This document shows positions 31,439 through 41,635 of a stretch of 64,000 bases of DNA, piece by piece. Source of the DNA: Chitinophagales bacterium (GTDB taxonomy: Bacteria; Bacteroidota; Bacteroidia; Chitinophagales; Chitinophagaceae); contig JBBSBD010000003.1 in assembly GCA_038251675.1 (NCBI GenBank), positions 1,322-65,321 on the forward strand. Direction: 5' to 3'. A model generated the notes under the pieces. It ran no database searches, was not told the DNA's origin, and worked only from the letters and a program-made list of their open reading frames with translations. Within the stretch, counting starts at the first letter, position 1. Each line of letters begins with the position of its first letter. The position numbers and the translations under genes are program-made.

Positions 31439-32293
31439 ATGAAAAAATTATTTTTTGCCTTTTGTCTTTTGCCCATAATATCTACGGCGCAGAATTTTCA
31501 TTTTTCCGCAAGACTTGGCCTTGCCAACTACGAGGGCGATCTTAAGGCAAGACCCGTCTCCCTGTCGCAAGCAAAACTAATGGGGTCCATCGGCGCCCGC
31601 TATGATTTGTCTGAGCATCTCACCGCAAGAAGTTATTTGACACTTACATCGCTACATGCTGATGATAAAAAAGGAACCACCGCCATGCAACAGCGTAACC
31701 TGAATTTCAGCTCAGGGATTACTGATTGGGAACTTACAGCACAGTATAGCTTATTTAGTCTTAATGACCACTGGTGGACGCCTTATGTATTTGCCGGTAT
31801 TGGTATTTATCATTTCAACCCATATACAAAAGATACAGCAGGTAAGAAATATTTTCTGCAACCACTCAGTACTGAAGGCGAAGGCTTTATGCCCGGCGTT
31901 AAGAATTATAAGCTCACACAATTCAGCATTCCACTGGGAGTGGGTGCCGAGTATTCACTAAACGAAGACATGCGCATAGGCCTTGAATTTGGCTATCGTA
32001 AGATATTTACCGATTACCTCGACGATGTTAGCAATGTATATGTGGACCAGGCTACCCTGCTAAACGCAAGAGGAGCAAAGGCCACTGAGCTCGCTTATCG
32101 TGGCAATGAAGTGCAGGCTGGCAGCTACCCTGCGGCGGGTGTAAACCGTGGTAACCCCAATAATAAGGATGGCTACTATTACATTGCACTAACCTATACG
32201 GTACGGTATTTTTTCGATAAGTACAAGAAGATAGCGGGCCTTGCTTCCTTTAAGAAGGACAAGAAAGTGGGTTGCCCTGCCTCAAGGCAATAA
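31439..32293 (+). CDS. Outer-membrane beta-barrel protein, DUF6089/PorG-like
   Basis: Signal peptide; NYEGDL, RNLNF, LQPLSTEG, FTDYLDDVS, RGNP..KD.Y. Confidence 0.75.
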   Translation: MKKLFFAFCLLPIISTAQNFHFSARLGLANYEGDLKARPVSLSQAKLMGSIGARYDLSEHLTARSYLTLTSLHADDKKGTTAMQQRNLNFSSGITDWELTAQYSLFSLNDHWWTPYVFAGIGIYHFNPYTKDTAGKKYFLQPLSTEGEGFMPGVKNYKLTQFSIPLGVGAEYSLNEDMRIGLEFGYRKIFTDYLDDVSNVYVDQATLLNARGAKATELAYRGNEVQAGSYPAAGVNRGNPNNKDGYYYIALTYTVRYFFDKYKKIAGLASFKKDKKVGCPASRQ

Positions 32294-32490
32294 TAATTTT
32301 TGCTTTGCTAACTTTACTCAACTTTTAAACGGAATTAAATTGTTATAAGACAATTTGATGCCCGCTATTATTCGGTTTATCCACTTGAGAGAAAGGCTAA
32401 AGGCACACCTGCATAATCATTGAAACTGGAAATAATGGCCGATAGAAAGACCGGAACATTATCATTCCAACCGACACTTATCACCACCTC

Positions 32491-33213
32491 TTATTCGTTT
32501 ATTGGTTTTGTACAACAGCTTTGAATCGCCTTCTTTTCAACATCAACTTTGGGGCTTACGTATGGTATGCCCAGGCCCATACCTCGTAGAATAAGCAGGC
32601 ACGCCATCATCATCATCATATAAGGATACGCCTTCCGGATCTTTTGCCTGAGGCTGATGCTTATGTAATTTCCAAAAAAAGCAATGCTCCACATCATAGG
32701 TAAAGTGCCCAGTCCAAAAAAAGCCATAAAAAAAATACTGCCCGTTACGTCTCCGGCAGATACTGCAACTGCTGCAGCCATATATACCAGGCCGCAGGGA
32801 AGCAGCCCATTAAGCAAACCGATTGAAAAGAGGGAGGAGATATTTTTCTTTAGAAATAATTTGCCTAAAGAGGAACGCAATTTTTCAAAAAAAGCAGGTA
32901 TGAAAGTATAATTCTTGAAAGATGAAGTCCTTTTCGAGACGATTACAAAAAAAATAATAATCAATCCTAATGAAATGGACAGCCATTGCTGGTATCCAAA
33001 CAGCGCCACGCTCCTACCGATAATTCCAAAAACAAAACCAAACCCCGCGTAGGTAACTACACGTCCCAAATTATACACCAATGCTCCCGAAAATTTTGAC
33101 CAATCATTATCTTGTTTCACCGGGAGAGACAAGGCTAAAGGCCCGCACATACCAACACAATGAAAGCTGCCAAGCAATCCCATTGTAAACGCAGCAAGAA
33201 GCAGTTGGGCCAT
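32491..33213 (-). CDS. Sulfite exporter TauE/SafE (DsbD_2-like) cbb3 assembly protein
   Basis: GSFHCVGMCGP, YNLGR, NGLLPCGLVY, FGLGTLP; end of the cco cluster. Confidence 0.9.
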   Translation of the reverse strand: MAQLLLAAFTMGLLGSFHCVGMCGPLALSLPVKQDNDWSKFSGALVYNLGRVVTYAGFGFVFGIIGRSVALFGYQQWLSISLGLIIIFFVIVSKRTSSFKNYTFIPAFFEKLRSSLGKLFLKKNISSLFSIGLLNGLLPCGLVYMAAAVAVSAGDVTGSIFFMAFFGLGTLPMMWSIAFFGNYISISLRQKIRKAYPYMMMMMACLLILRGMGLGIPYVSPKVDVEKKAIQSCCTKPINE

Positions 33214-33223
33214 GATTGTGATA

Positions 33224-33658
33224 TTAATCTATTACTAATTTCTTTTCAAAATAGTAGCTCGTGCCGTCTGCCTCCCAGCTCAATTGCAAGTTGTACTCGC
33301 TTGCATTTCCCCTGGGAACGGTCATAAAAACAGGAGTATCTTCTATTGAAAATTTTTGGGTGATATCTTTATTTTCATCGGAAGGACAATACAGTATCGC
33401 GTTGCCGGTAATTCTTTTACCTGAAAAATCTTTTGGGAAAATAATCCGCAATTTACCATCAGCCACTTCGTACTTCACCGTATCAGATAACTGACTGACG
33501 CTGTTCATAGCATCTATCTTATCCTGGTATTTGAGTTCTTTTTCATAGTAATCTGTAGTTACCAAATCCGTTTTTTGATTGGATGATTTAAAAACCATAA
33601 CCAGTATTCCAAACACAAAAACTGTATATACAATCAGAATTTTATAGCCCCAGCTCAT
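33224..33658 (-). CDS. ccoH: FixH/CcoH family protein
   Basis: MSWG, single TM, DLV..DYYEKELKYQ; position after ccoG. Confidence 0.85.
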   Translation of the reverse strand: MSWGYKILIVYTVFVFGILVMVFKSSNQKTDLVTTDYYEKELKYQDKIDAMNSVSQLSDTVKYEVADGKLRIIFPKDFSGKRITGNAILYCPSDENKDITQKFSIEDTPVFMTVPRGNASEYNLQLSWEADGTSYYFEKKLVID

Positions 33659-33672
33659 AAGGATTTATTTTA

Positions 33673-35154
33673 TCAGTTATAAATTTCAGGACCGATGAAA
33701 GTGGCCTTGATTGTTTTTATTTTCTTATTATCCTGGTACATGCCGATCTGCAATTCTGTTTTCCAATTCTTGACATCGTTCCTGTTAAGCTTCACAAAAA
33801 ACTGAAGATGGGAGTAGTCTTCTTTTTTTACAACCGCGCTGCTGTTGCCTACAATTTGAATTTCACCTTTTACATTTTCAAGTTTCAGGTTATAAGAAAT
33901 ATCCTTGTGTGTTTTATTCGCAAGCTTCAGGTTGTAAAGATTGCTGATGCGCCCGTCGGGCAAAGATGTATAAGACATACCTGCAGTTCGCATAAGCCTT
34001 GCATCAAGATCGGTGCGGCTCATCAAAAGAAAAAGTAAAAGAGATAACAATAAGGCAAGTACAGATGTATATGCTTTTATTCTTGTTGTAAATTTTAGCT
34101 TTACTCCTTTTACAATGCTATTCTCTGAGGCGTAGCGTATTAAACCCTTCGGCTTGTGAACGCTCGTCATGATAGAATCGCAGGCATCAATACAGGCAGT
34201 ACAGTTTACACACTCCAGTTGCGTGCCATTTCGTATATCAATGCCTGTGGGGCACACACGTACGCAGGCAAAACAATCAATACAATCGCCCTGCGGTATC
34301 AGTTCCTCTATCTTTTTTGCAAGGCTTGTACAGGCACCATCTTCTTTACAATCTACACATTTGCAATCGTGGCTTTCTTTCTTTTTTAATTTACCTCTCG
34401 GTTCACCACGCTTATAATCGTAAGCAACTACTATTGAATTTTTATCCAGCAATACGCCCTGCAATCTTCCGTAAGGGCATACAACTATGCATGCCTGCTC
34501 CCGGAACCACCAGTAAACAAAGAAGAAAACACTGGTAAAAATTAGTAAAGAAATTAATGTACCGATGTGTGCAGAAGGACTTTCCAGGTAACCTAACAAT
34601 TCATCCATACCGATGAGGTAAGCCAGGAAAAAATTTGCTATAATAAATGATATGACAAAAAATATAACAAACTTGCTTGTCCGCTTTAACGTTTTTTCTG
34701 AATTCCAGGGCATTGCTCTTAATTGCTTTTGCTTACCTGAATCTCCATCAATCCAATATTCAATTTTACGAAAAACCATTTCCATAAAAATAGTTTGCGG
34801 GCAAGCCCAGCCACAAAATACGCGACCAAATACTACTGTGAAAAGGATAACAAATACTACAAAAGTGAGCATAGCGATACCGAAAATAAAAAAGTCCTGC
34901 GGCCAGAAAACCATACCGAAAATGATAAACTTTCGGGCAAGCACATTCAGCATTATTAGCGGCTCGTTGTTGACCTTAATAAATGGAAGTGTAAAAAAAA
35001 CAATGAGATAAAAAATACTGAACCGGGTTCTCAAATTATACAACGGCCCCTTCGGCTTTTTAGGATTGATAAAATTTCTCGTTCCTTCTTTACTAATAGT
35101 GGCTACAGAATCCCTGTAACTTCCCGTCTTATCTAACACTGTAGTTGCTTCCAT
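33673..35154 (-). CDS. ccoG: Cytochrome c oxidase accessory protein CcoG
   Basis: GRVFCGWACPQT, CPYGRLQ, CIDCFACVRVCPTGIDIR, CVNCTACIDAC. Confidence 0.96.
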   Translation of the reverse strand: MEATTVLDKTGSYRDSVATISKEGTRNFINPKKPKGPLYNLRTRFSIFYLIVFFTLPFIKVNNEPLIMLNVLARKFIIFGMVFWPQDFFIFGIAMLTFVVFVILFTVVFGRVFCGWACPQTIFMEMVFRKIEYWIDGDSGKQKQLRAMPWNSEKTLKRTSKFVIFFVISFIIANFFLAYLIGMDELLGYLESPSAHIGTLISLLIFTSVFFFVYWWFREQACIVVCPYGRLQGVLLDKNSIVVAYDYKRGEPRGKLKKKESHDCKCVDCKEDGACTSLAKKIEELIPQGDCIDCFACVRVCPTGIDIRNGTQLECVNCTACIDACDSIMTSVHKPKGLIRYASENSIVKGVKLKFTTRIKAYTSVLALLLSLLLFLLMSRTDLDARLMRTAGMSYTSLPDGRISNLYNLKLANKTHKDISYNLKLENVKGEIQIVGNSSAVVKKEDYSHLQFFVKLNRNDVKNWKTELQIGMYQDNKKIKTIKATFIGPEIYN

Positions 35155-35183
35155 TTTAAATATTTATACTTTGTACCGCTGGC

Positions 35184-36398
35184 CTATTGCGTTTTAGTTA
35201 CCGCAGGTTTTGATTTACTATTAGATTTCCCGGTGATGGTGGTAGAATCGCTGGTGCTCGTGTTTAAAGAATCTGTAGCAGGCAACGCCGATGCTGACGA
35301 ATCTACATACAAATCTCCCTGTGGTGCTTTTGGATTCGGAGGATTGGTACCATGCAATGTTGTCACGTAGCTGGCGAGGGAGCTTATTTCTTTCGGAGAA
35401 AATTCATTTGCCCAGGATTGCATGCCCTTGTCCGGGTAACCGATTTTAATTGATCTATAAATATCGTTTAATGAACCCTTATGCAACCAATAGTCGTCAG
35501 TAAGATTTGGCCCCACACTGCCTTCACCCTGCATACCATGACAGACAAAGCATTTGGTAGAAAATATTTCTTTGGCTTTCGACAACCCGGCTGCGTCTGC
35601 CATGGGCACATTGTTTTCATCTATTTTGTCTTTATTGGTTGCTTCATACATCTCCATTTGAACTTTTGCTTTAGCCATTTCCGCATCGTACTCTTCTGTG
35701 GGATTTTTTCCGTATCCAAAAACTTCAAAGTTTAAGAGGTAAACAACAGCTATGCCAATGGTGATATAAAAACCATACTTCCACCATGGCGGCAACGCAT
35801 TGTCCAGTTCCCGGATGCCATCATAATCGTGATCGAGCATAACGTCGGCTTCTTTTTCAACTGGTACTGCCCTGGTCAATTTCCTATCGAGCTTTGCCCA
35901 CCATATTTTTAACCAGTTTGCTTTAGCCGGTGCGGGTGCTTTCTGAGGTAATAATTCTGTGGTAAGCCTTTTAATAAGAACTACAAGAAAGAGAATAATA
36001 ACTACCTCGGTTATAAATACCCCAACCACCATGTAAAAAGTGGTAGATGATATGCCTCCATAGTTTGCGATGGTTGCTGTTGATGCTGCTTGCGCTGTAT
36101 CCTGCGCCGATGAAGATTGAGCAATGAATAACAAGCCCAACATCCATAAAACGGAAAGCACTTTAGGAATTTTATTTTTTTCAATTAACTGCCTTCCTAA
36201 TACAAGCAACATTTTGCTCAACCACCAAATCACAAAAGCCAGCACTATCATCATGGCCATTAAAAGAATTTCAAGCAGATTATAGCTTGAAGATGCCGTG
36301 GCTTGCACCGGCGCGGCTTCCTGGGCAATAGCGTATGTCCCGGTCATTGTAAGGAATAGGGCGGCAATTAATTTTTTAAATAGACGAATATGTTGCAT
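35184..36398 (-). CDS. ccoP: cbb3-type cytochrome c oxidase subunit CcoP (monoheme, extended N-terminus)
   Basis: DHDYDGIRELDNALPPWW, CFVCH, GPNLTD. Confidence 0.92.
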   Translation of the reverse strand: MQHIRLFKKLIAALFLTMTGTYAIAQEAAPVQATASSSYNLLEILLMAMMIVLAFVIWWLSKMLLVLGRQLIEKNKIPKVLSVLWMLGLLFIAQSSSAQDTAQAASTATIANYGGISSTTFYMVVGVFITEVVIILFLVVLIKRLTTELLPQKAPAPAKANWLKIWWAKLDRKLTRAVPVEKEADVMLDHDYDGIRELDNALPPWWKYGFYITIGIAVVYLLNFEVFGYGKNPTEEYDAEMAKAKVQMEMYEATNKDKIDENNVPMADAAGLSKAKEIFSTKCFVCHGMQGEGSVGPNLTDDYWLHKGSLNDIYRSIKIGYPDKGMQSWANEFSPKEISSLASYVTTLHGTNPPNPKAPQGDLYVDSSASALPATDSLNTSTSDSTTITGKSNSKSKPAVTKTQ

Positions 36399-36404
36399 AC
36401 TTAA

Positions 36405-36599
36405 TTAATTATTAGATTGACTATTTAGTTCTCCTTCATTAAAAGGCAGGTTGGATAATTCGTTCACTCTCTCTTTACCCATCCTCCTTACCAAAACCAA
36501 AAGCACTACAAAGAAGAGAAAGAAAATAAACAACGAGATCATTGCGTATATGTGAACGCCATCCATTTTCTCCGCGTATTGTTTTATGAATGTAAACAT
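36405..36599 (-). CDS. ccoQ: cbb3-type oxidase subunit CcoQ
   Basis: 64-aa single-TM protein ending ELSNLPF; between ccoNO and ccoP. Confidence 0.85.
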   Translation of the reverse strand: MFTFIKQYAEKMDGVHIYAMISLFIFFLFFVVLLVLVRRMGKERVNELSNLPFNEGELNSQSNN

Positions 36600-36602
36600 G
36601 AC

Positions 36603-38756
36603 TTATTTATTAAAGGTGGCTGTTGGGTTTTTACTTATATCAGTACCCAGGCGCTGGATGTATGCAATCAATGCGATCACTTCTTTTTTCGAAGAAACGC
36701 GAATGCTATCGCTGAGTAAACTGTTTGAAATTTGTTCCGACTGCTTGTCAAGATCCGCCATGGCATTTTGTTCGTAATCTTTAGGGTAAGGCACACCAAG
36801 AGTAATCATTGCATGGATCTTCGCCGGCAGGTCAGATGTGTCTAAATTGTTTTCCAGCAGAAAGGCGTAAGAAGGCATAATAGATCCTTCACTCATTGAA
36901 GATGGCTCCCGAAAATGACGAAAATGCCACCCATTGGTTTTCTTGAGATTACCGGTGCCTTCCCTCGCAAGATCAGGCCCTGTGCGCTTACTACCCCATT
37001 GAAACGGATGATCATACACAAATTCACCCGCCTTTGAATATTCGCCATACCGTTCAGTTTCGCTTCGGAACGGGCGGATCATTTGCGAATGGCATGTGTA
37101 GCATCCTTCCCTCACATAAATATCTCTTCCCTCCAGTTCCAGGGGAGTATACGGCTTCACACTGCTGATAGTGGGCACATTAGATTTTATAAGAAAAGTG
37201 GGAACCAACTCAATAATGCCCCCGATTAAAATCACCACGAGGCTCAACACCATGAATTGTACCGGCCTTCTCTCAATCCACCGATGCCAGTGTTCGCCTT
37301 TGTGAGGAACATACACTTTTTGTAACGGTGCAGCTTCTGCTTCTTCATTTGCCACGAGTTTTCCGGCTCTTACTGTTTTAAATAAATTATAAATCATAAA
37401 CAAAACGCCCACCAGGTAAAGAGTGCCACCCAGGGAGCGCATTGCATAAAACGGCTTCATATAGGTAACTGTCTCGAGAAATGAATACTTCAACTGGCCA
37501 GCCTCAGTAAATTGTTTCCACATGGAGCTTTGCGTAAAACCAGCCCAATACATCGGTATGGCATAAAATAAAATACCGAGAGTGCCCAGCCAGAAATGCA
37601 TGTTGGCTATTTTTTTTGAAAATAGATCGGTTTTGAAAATCCGGGGAATAAGCCAATACAAAATACCAAACGTAAGCATACCGTTCCATCCCAATGCGCC
37701 TACATGCACATGAGCAATAATCCAGTCAGTATAGTGAGATACGGCGCTTACGCTTTTCAATGAAAGCATGGGTCCTTCAAAAGTCGCCATACCATAAGCT
37801 GTTACTGCGACTACCATAAATTTTAAAATAACATCGTCCCTTACCCTGTCCCACGCGCCACGAAGTGTAAGCAACCCGTTTATCATACCGCCCCAACTTG
37901 GAAAAATGAGCATGACGGAAAACACAATACCCAATGACTGCGCCCAGTTAGGCAGAGCAGTATATAATAAATGGTGCGGGCCGGCCCAGATGTATAAAAA
38001 AATTAATGCCCAAAAATGAATGATAGAAAGCTTATAGGAATAAACAGGACGATTAGCCGCTTTCGGCAGAAAGTAATACATAAGCCCGAGATACGGTGTC
38101 GTTAAAAAGAATGCAACCGCATTGTGGCCATACCACCATTGCACCAATGCATCTTGTACACCGGCATACCAGCTATAGCTTTTTAGCCAGGTATAAGGCA
38201 GTTCTCCAGAACGGACAATATGCAGGACAGCTACTGTAACAAATGTTGCAATGTAAAACCAGATAGCAACGTACAAATGCTTCTCTCTCCTTTTAATTAT
38301 AGTGGCAAACATATTCCAGCCAAACACAACCCAAATAATTGTAATGGCGACATCTATCGGCCAGATAAGTTCTGCGTACTCACCACTGTTTGTAAGACCC
38401 AGCGGTAGCGTAATTGCTGCTGCAACTATTATAAGCTGCCAGCCCCAAAAATGAATGTAACTAAGTTTATCACTGTACATTCTCGCTTTACAAAGACGCT
38501 GCAAAGAGTAATAAACACCCATAAAAATACCGTTGCCGACAAAAGCAAAAATTACGGCATTGGTATGCAGCGGGCGAAGCCTCCCGAAATTGAAATAAGG
38601 TTCGAGGTTTAATCCGTGGTGAGGAAATTGACCCGGGAAAACCAATTGTAGCGCTATCCAAAGACCAATGAGCATGCCAACAGCGCCCCATGTAATAGTA
38701 GCATAGGCAAAGTTTCTAACAATTTTGTTGTCGTAATAAAATTTTTCTACCTGCAT
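36603..38756 (-). CDS. ccoN: Fused cbb3-type oxidase subunits CcoN-CcoO
   Basis: FGRLRPLHTNAVIFAF, QWWYGHNAVAF, WAGPHHL, HVH, then EGCYTCHSQMIRP and WGSKRTGPDL. Confidence 0.97.
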   Translation of the reverse strand: MQVEKFYYDNKIVRNFAYATITWGAVGMLIGLWIALQLVFPGQFPHHGLNLEPYFNFGRLRPLHTNAVIFAFVGNGIFMGVYYSLQRLCKARMYSDKLSYIHFWGWQLIIVAAAITLPLGLTNSGEYAELIWPIDVAITIIWVVFGWNMFATIIKRREKHLYVAIWFYIATFVTVAVLHIVRSGELPYTWLKSYSWYAGVQDALVQWWYGHNAVAFFLTTPYLGLMYYFLPKAANRPVYSYKLSIIHFWALIFLYIWAGPHHLLYTALPNWAQSLGIVFSVMLIFPSWGGMINGLLTLRGAWDRVRDDVILKFMVVAVTAYGMATFEGPMLSLKSVSAVSHYTDWIIAHVHVGALGWNGMLTFGILYWLIPRIFKTDLFSKKIANMHFWLGTLGILFYAIPMYWAGFTQSSMWKQFTEAGQLKYSFLETVTYMKPFYAMRSLGGTLYLVGVLFMIYNLFKTVRAGKLVANEEAEAAPLQKVYVPHKGEHWHRWIERRPVQFMVLSLVVILIGGIIELVPTFLIKSNVPTISSVKPYTPLELEGRDIYVREGCYTCHSQMIRPFRSETERYGEYSKAGEFVYDHPFQWGSKRTGPDLAREGTGNLKKTNGWHFRHFREPSSMSEGSIMPSYAFLLENNLDTSDLPAKIHAMITLGVPYPKDYEQNAMADLDKQSEQISNSLLSDSIRVSSKKEVIALIAYIQRLGTDISKNPTATFNK

Positions 38757-38766
38757 TTTGTCTGGC

Positions 38767-38985
38767 TTATTTTTTTTGTATTGATAATGAATTTTTCTTT
38801 TTCGTTACAGGAGGTTTGACTACATCTGCTTTGGGTGCAGAGACCGGTACTTCGTCGAAAAGCATTCTGATAGAAGGTGTGTAGGAATCATCAAATTGAC
38901 CGGCATTAGCACTAAACAGAAACGCGATCAAAAAACCCGTTGCAACCAATAGGCTTATAGCAATAAGAAGAATTAATACACTCAA
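38767..38985 (-). CDS. ccoS: cbb3 oxidase maturation protein CcoS
   Basis: Single TM then GQFDD..TPSIRMLFD; TTG start. Confidence 0.9.
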   Translation of the reverse strand: MSVLILLIAISLLVATGFLIAFLFSANAGQFDDSYTPSIRMLFDEVPVSAPKADVVKPPVTKKKNSLSIQKK

Positions 38986-39006
38986 AGACGTTATATTTTA
39001 GGAGCC

Positions 39007-39072
39007 CAAAAATAATAGCGGCGCCTTTTGTACCTTATGACCCGCATCAAGTTAAAAGCTGATTTTAATCAG
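39007..39072 (-). promoter_or_regulatory. ccoS promoter: -7 TATTTTTG plus two FNR/Crp-like boxes
   Basis: -7 at 39007-39014; ATGAC-N4-ATCAA (39037-39050) and CTGAT-N4-ATCAG (39059-39072). Confidence 0.65.
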
Positions 39073-39077
39073 CGATA

Positions 39078-41534
39078 TTATAAGTGATTTGCCCTTGCAC
39101 TTAAAGAAGATAATACGGTTACCAGCAGCACGATGCTAATACTGCTTGCAGGCATCAGGATGGCAGCCAACATCGGAGACAGCAGGCCCCGAACTGCAAA
39201 TGAAAGACCAACGATATTATACAAGATTGATAAAATAAAACTTGAGGCAACAATACTTCTGCCGGACCTGGCAAAAGCTATAAATTTATCAATCAATTGA
39301 ACATTCGCGCCATCGAGAATGCCATCGCAGGCAGGAGAAAACTGGGAAGTATTATCACTAACGGCAATTCCTACATCACTTTGCATCAGAGCACCCGCAT
39401 CGTTGAGGCCATCACCCAGCATCAGCACTTTTTTATTCTTAAGCCCTGCGGGCGAAATAGAAGGCTGCTGAAGTGCCTGGATAAAGTCGAGTTTTTGCTG
39501 AGGCGATTGATTAAACCGTAATTGAATATTTTCTCCAAATAGCTTTTTCAATTTATCTTTTTCCGAATCATTATCGCCCGATAAAACAAACAAGTCAAAT
39601 TTTTTCTTTGATAAATGATGAACCAATTCTCCCATTCCTGCCCGGTAACGATTGCTTACTGTAAATCTTCCCATGTGAACATTATTCATCACCACATGCA
39701 CATGAGTGCCCGTGTCATAAGATATATAACCGGGTTTTGATTGATTTATGAAATCTGCAGAACCCATCCTTACATTGATATTATTAACCCTTGCTTCTAA
39801 TCCTTTGCCGGTGTATTCTTTAAATGCATCCGGATGTAAATCATCATCGGTGACCTCAAGAGAACTGGCAACAATCTTGCTCAATGGGTGTGAAGACTGC
39901 CTGGCAATATTTTTAATAGCCGCTAATTCCTTGTAGGTTAAAGGCGTGCCTTCATAACTTACCTGCGCCGAACTGTTTCGTGTAATAGTGCCTGTTTTGT
40001 CAAAAACAATCGCATCAATTTGTGCCAGTGATTCTATGACACTTGCATTCTTAAGGTACATCTTGTTCCTCCCAAAAATGCGAAGCATATTTCCATAAGT
40101 AAAAGTTGCTGAAAGCAAAAGTGAACATGGGCACGCAACGATTAAAACTGCCGTGAGCGAAGGCAATATTTTGGAACTATCATACGTCCACCAAAATAAG
40201 ACAGTGCAAAAAGCAATAGCAAATAGTGCAAGAGTAAAATATCGGCTCCACGGATGGATGAATGATTTTTCTTCATTTTTCTTACTACTAAATATTTCAT
40301 TATTCCAAAGCTGAGTAATATAACTCTGCGATGCTTCCTTTACAATTTCCACCTCGATGGAACTCCCAATTTGTTTGCCACCCGCATACAGTAAGTCGCC
40401 CCGCTTTTTCGAAACAGGCGCATTTTCGCCACTTACAAAACTGTAGTCAATGTTGGCGTCCCCCTTCATCAGAATCGAATCTGCCGGAATCATCTCCTCA
40501 TTGCGAAGGACGATGTGGTTTGTTTTTTTCAATTGCGTAACGGGAATATTTTTTTCAATTCCATCTTCAATAACGGTCACGCCAAGTGGAAAGTAAGATT
40601 TGTAATTTCTGTCGAATGAAAATGAATCGTATGTTTTATTTTGAAACCACCGCCCTATTAATAAGAAGAATATAATCCCTGTGCCGGAATCCAGGTAGCC
40701 GGCGCCATGGCCGCTTAAAATTTCATAATAGCTTCTCGCAAATGTTACAACAATTGCCAAAGCGATGGGTGCATCGATATTTAGATATTTTTGCCGCAAG
40801 CCCATCCATGCTGCACTAAAGATACCCGATGCACTAAAAAACAGAACCGGCAGTGACAATGCAAGATTTATCCATGTAAATGTTTCCCTTAGACCTGCCT
40901 CTTCAATATTACCTCCAGAAAAATATTCAGGGAAGCTCAGCATCATGATATTTGAAAAGCAAAAACCCGCCACTCCTATCTTATAAAGCTGTTCCCGGCC
41001 AGGTCCAGCCGTCTTCTTCTTTTCTGCATCTTCAAGGCTTATGGCGGGCTCATAGCCTATAAAAGAAAGCAATTCCACAACTTTTCTTAATGAAACTAAT
41101 TGGGGGTTGAATACTATAAGTATTTCTTTGTTCTGAAAATTCGTGGTAGATGAAATAATTCCTTCGTTGATTCTATGGAGGTTTTCCAGTAAAAAAATAC
41201 AAGATGAACAATGAATTTGAGGTAATTTAAAAAGCACATTCGTTTGCGTGACGCTGGAAAACTGAACTATCTTTTTTGTTATGATTTCGTCATCGAGGTA
41301 AGCAAATCTTTCCGAAGTAAATTTTCCTTTTGCTTTAATGCCGGGGTTCTCATCAAGATTGTAGTAATCACAAAGGTTATTTTCACTCAAAAGCAAAAAC
41401 ACTTGTTTACAACCGTTGCAACAAAATATTTTATCGCCGAGGTGAATGGTATTATCGCAGGTTTCACTGCAATGATAGCAGGCGGTTTCGATTCCTGTAT
41501 CAATAATTATCTGCGCTGTTTCTTGTTTTACCAT
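39078..41534 (-). CDS. ccoI: Heavy-metal P1B-type ATPase (CcoI/FixI type)
   Basis: N-terminal CYHC/CCNGC, HCSSC, CPC, DKTGT, SHP, GDGLND; heads the cco cluster. Confidence 0.9.
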   Translation of the reverse strand: MVKQETAQIIIDTGIETACYHCSETCDNTIHLGDKIFCCNGCKQVFLLLSENNLCDYYNLDENPGIKAKGKFTSERFAYLDDEIITKKIVQFSSVTQTNVLFKLPQIHCSSCIFLLENLHRINEGIISSTTNFQNKEILIVFNPQLVSLRKVVELLSFIGYEPAISLEDAEKKKTAGPGREQLYKIGVAGFCFSNIMMLSFPEYFSGGNIEEAGLRETFTWINLALSLPVLFFSASGIFSAAWMGLRQKYLNIDAPIALAIVVTFARSYYEILSGHGAGYLDSGTGIIFFLLIGRWFQNKTYDSFSFDRNYKSYFPLGVTVIEDGIEKNIPVTQLKKTNHIVLRNEEMIPADSILMKGDANIDYSFVSGENAPVSKKRGDLLYAGGKQIGSSIEVEIVKEASQSYITQLWNNEIFSSKKNEEKSFIHPWSRYFTLALFAIAFCTVLFWWTYDSSKILPSLTAVLIVACPCSLLLSATFTYGNMLRIFGRNKMYLKNASVIESLAQIDAIVFDKTGTITRNSSAQVSYEGTPLTYKELAAIKNIARQSSHPLSKIVASSLEVTDDDLHPDAFKEYTGKGLEARVNNINVRMGSADFINQSKPGYISYDTGTHVHVVMNNVHMGRFTVSNRYRAGMGELVHHLSKKKFDLFVLSGDNDSEKDKLKKLFGENIQLRFNQSPQQKLDFIQALQQPSISPAGLKNKKVLMLGDGLNDAGALMQSDVGIAVSDNTSQFSPACDGILDGANVQLIDKFIAFARSGRSIVASSFILSILYNIVGLSFAVRGLLSPMLAAILMPASSISIVLLVTVLSSLSARANHL

Positions 41535-41541
41535 GAAAGCG

Positions 41542-41607
41542 CTAAAGTAAATTCCCTGTGAAACAAATAGGGTGAGGCTAATCAGTAGAAAGAATGATTA
41601 ATATCAA
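41542..41607 (-). promoter_or_regulatory. ccoI promoter: -7 variant TACTTTAG plus two FNR/Crp-like boxes
   Basis: -7 at 41542-41549; GTGAG-N4-ATCAG (41572-41585) and ATGAT-N4-ATCAA (41594-41607). Confidence 0.6.
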
Positions 41608-41635
41608 TATAGCAGTGGGCAATACATCCGCACAT

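Noticed and set aside
32377-32490. 37-codon in-frame continuation after the TauE-family stop (possible readthrough)
   Set aside because: TAA stop, no recoding signal, no recognisable motif; compatible with chance.
36603-38756. ccoN-ccoO fusion as a novelty
   Set aside because: This is the usual arrangement in Bacteroidota.
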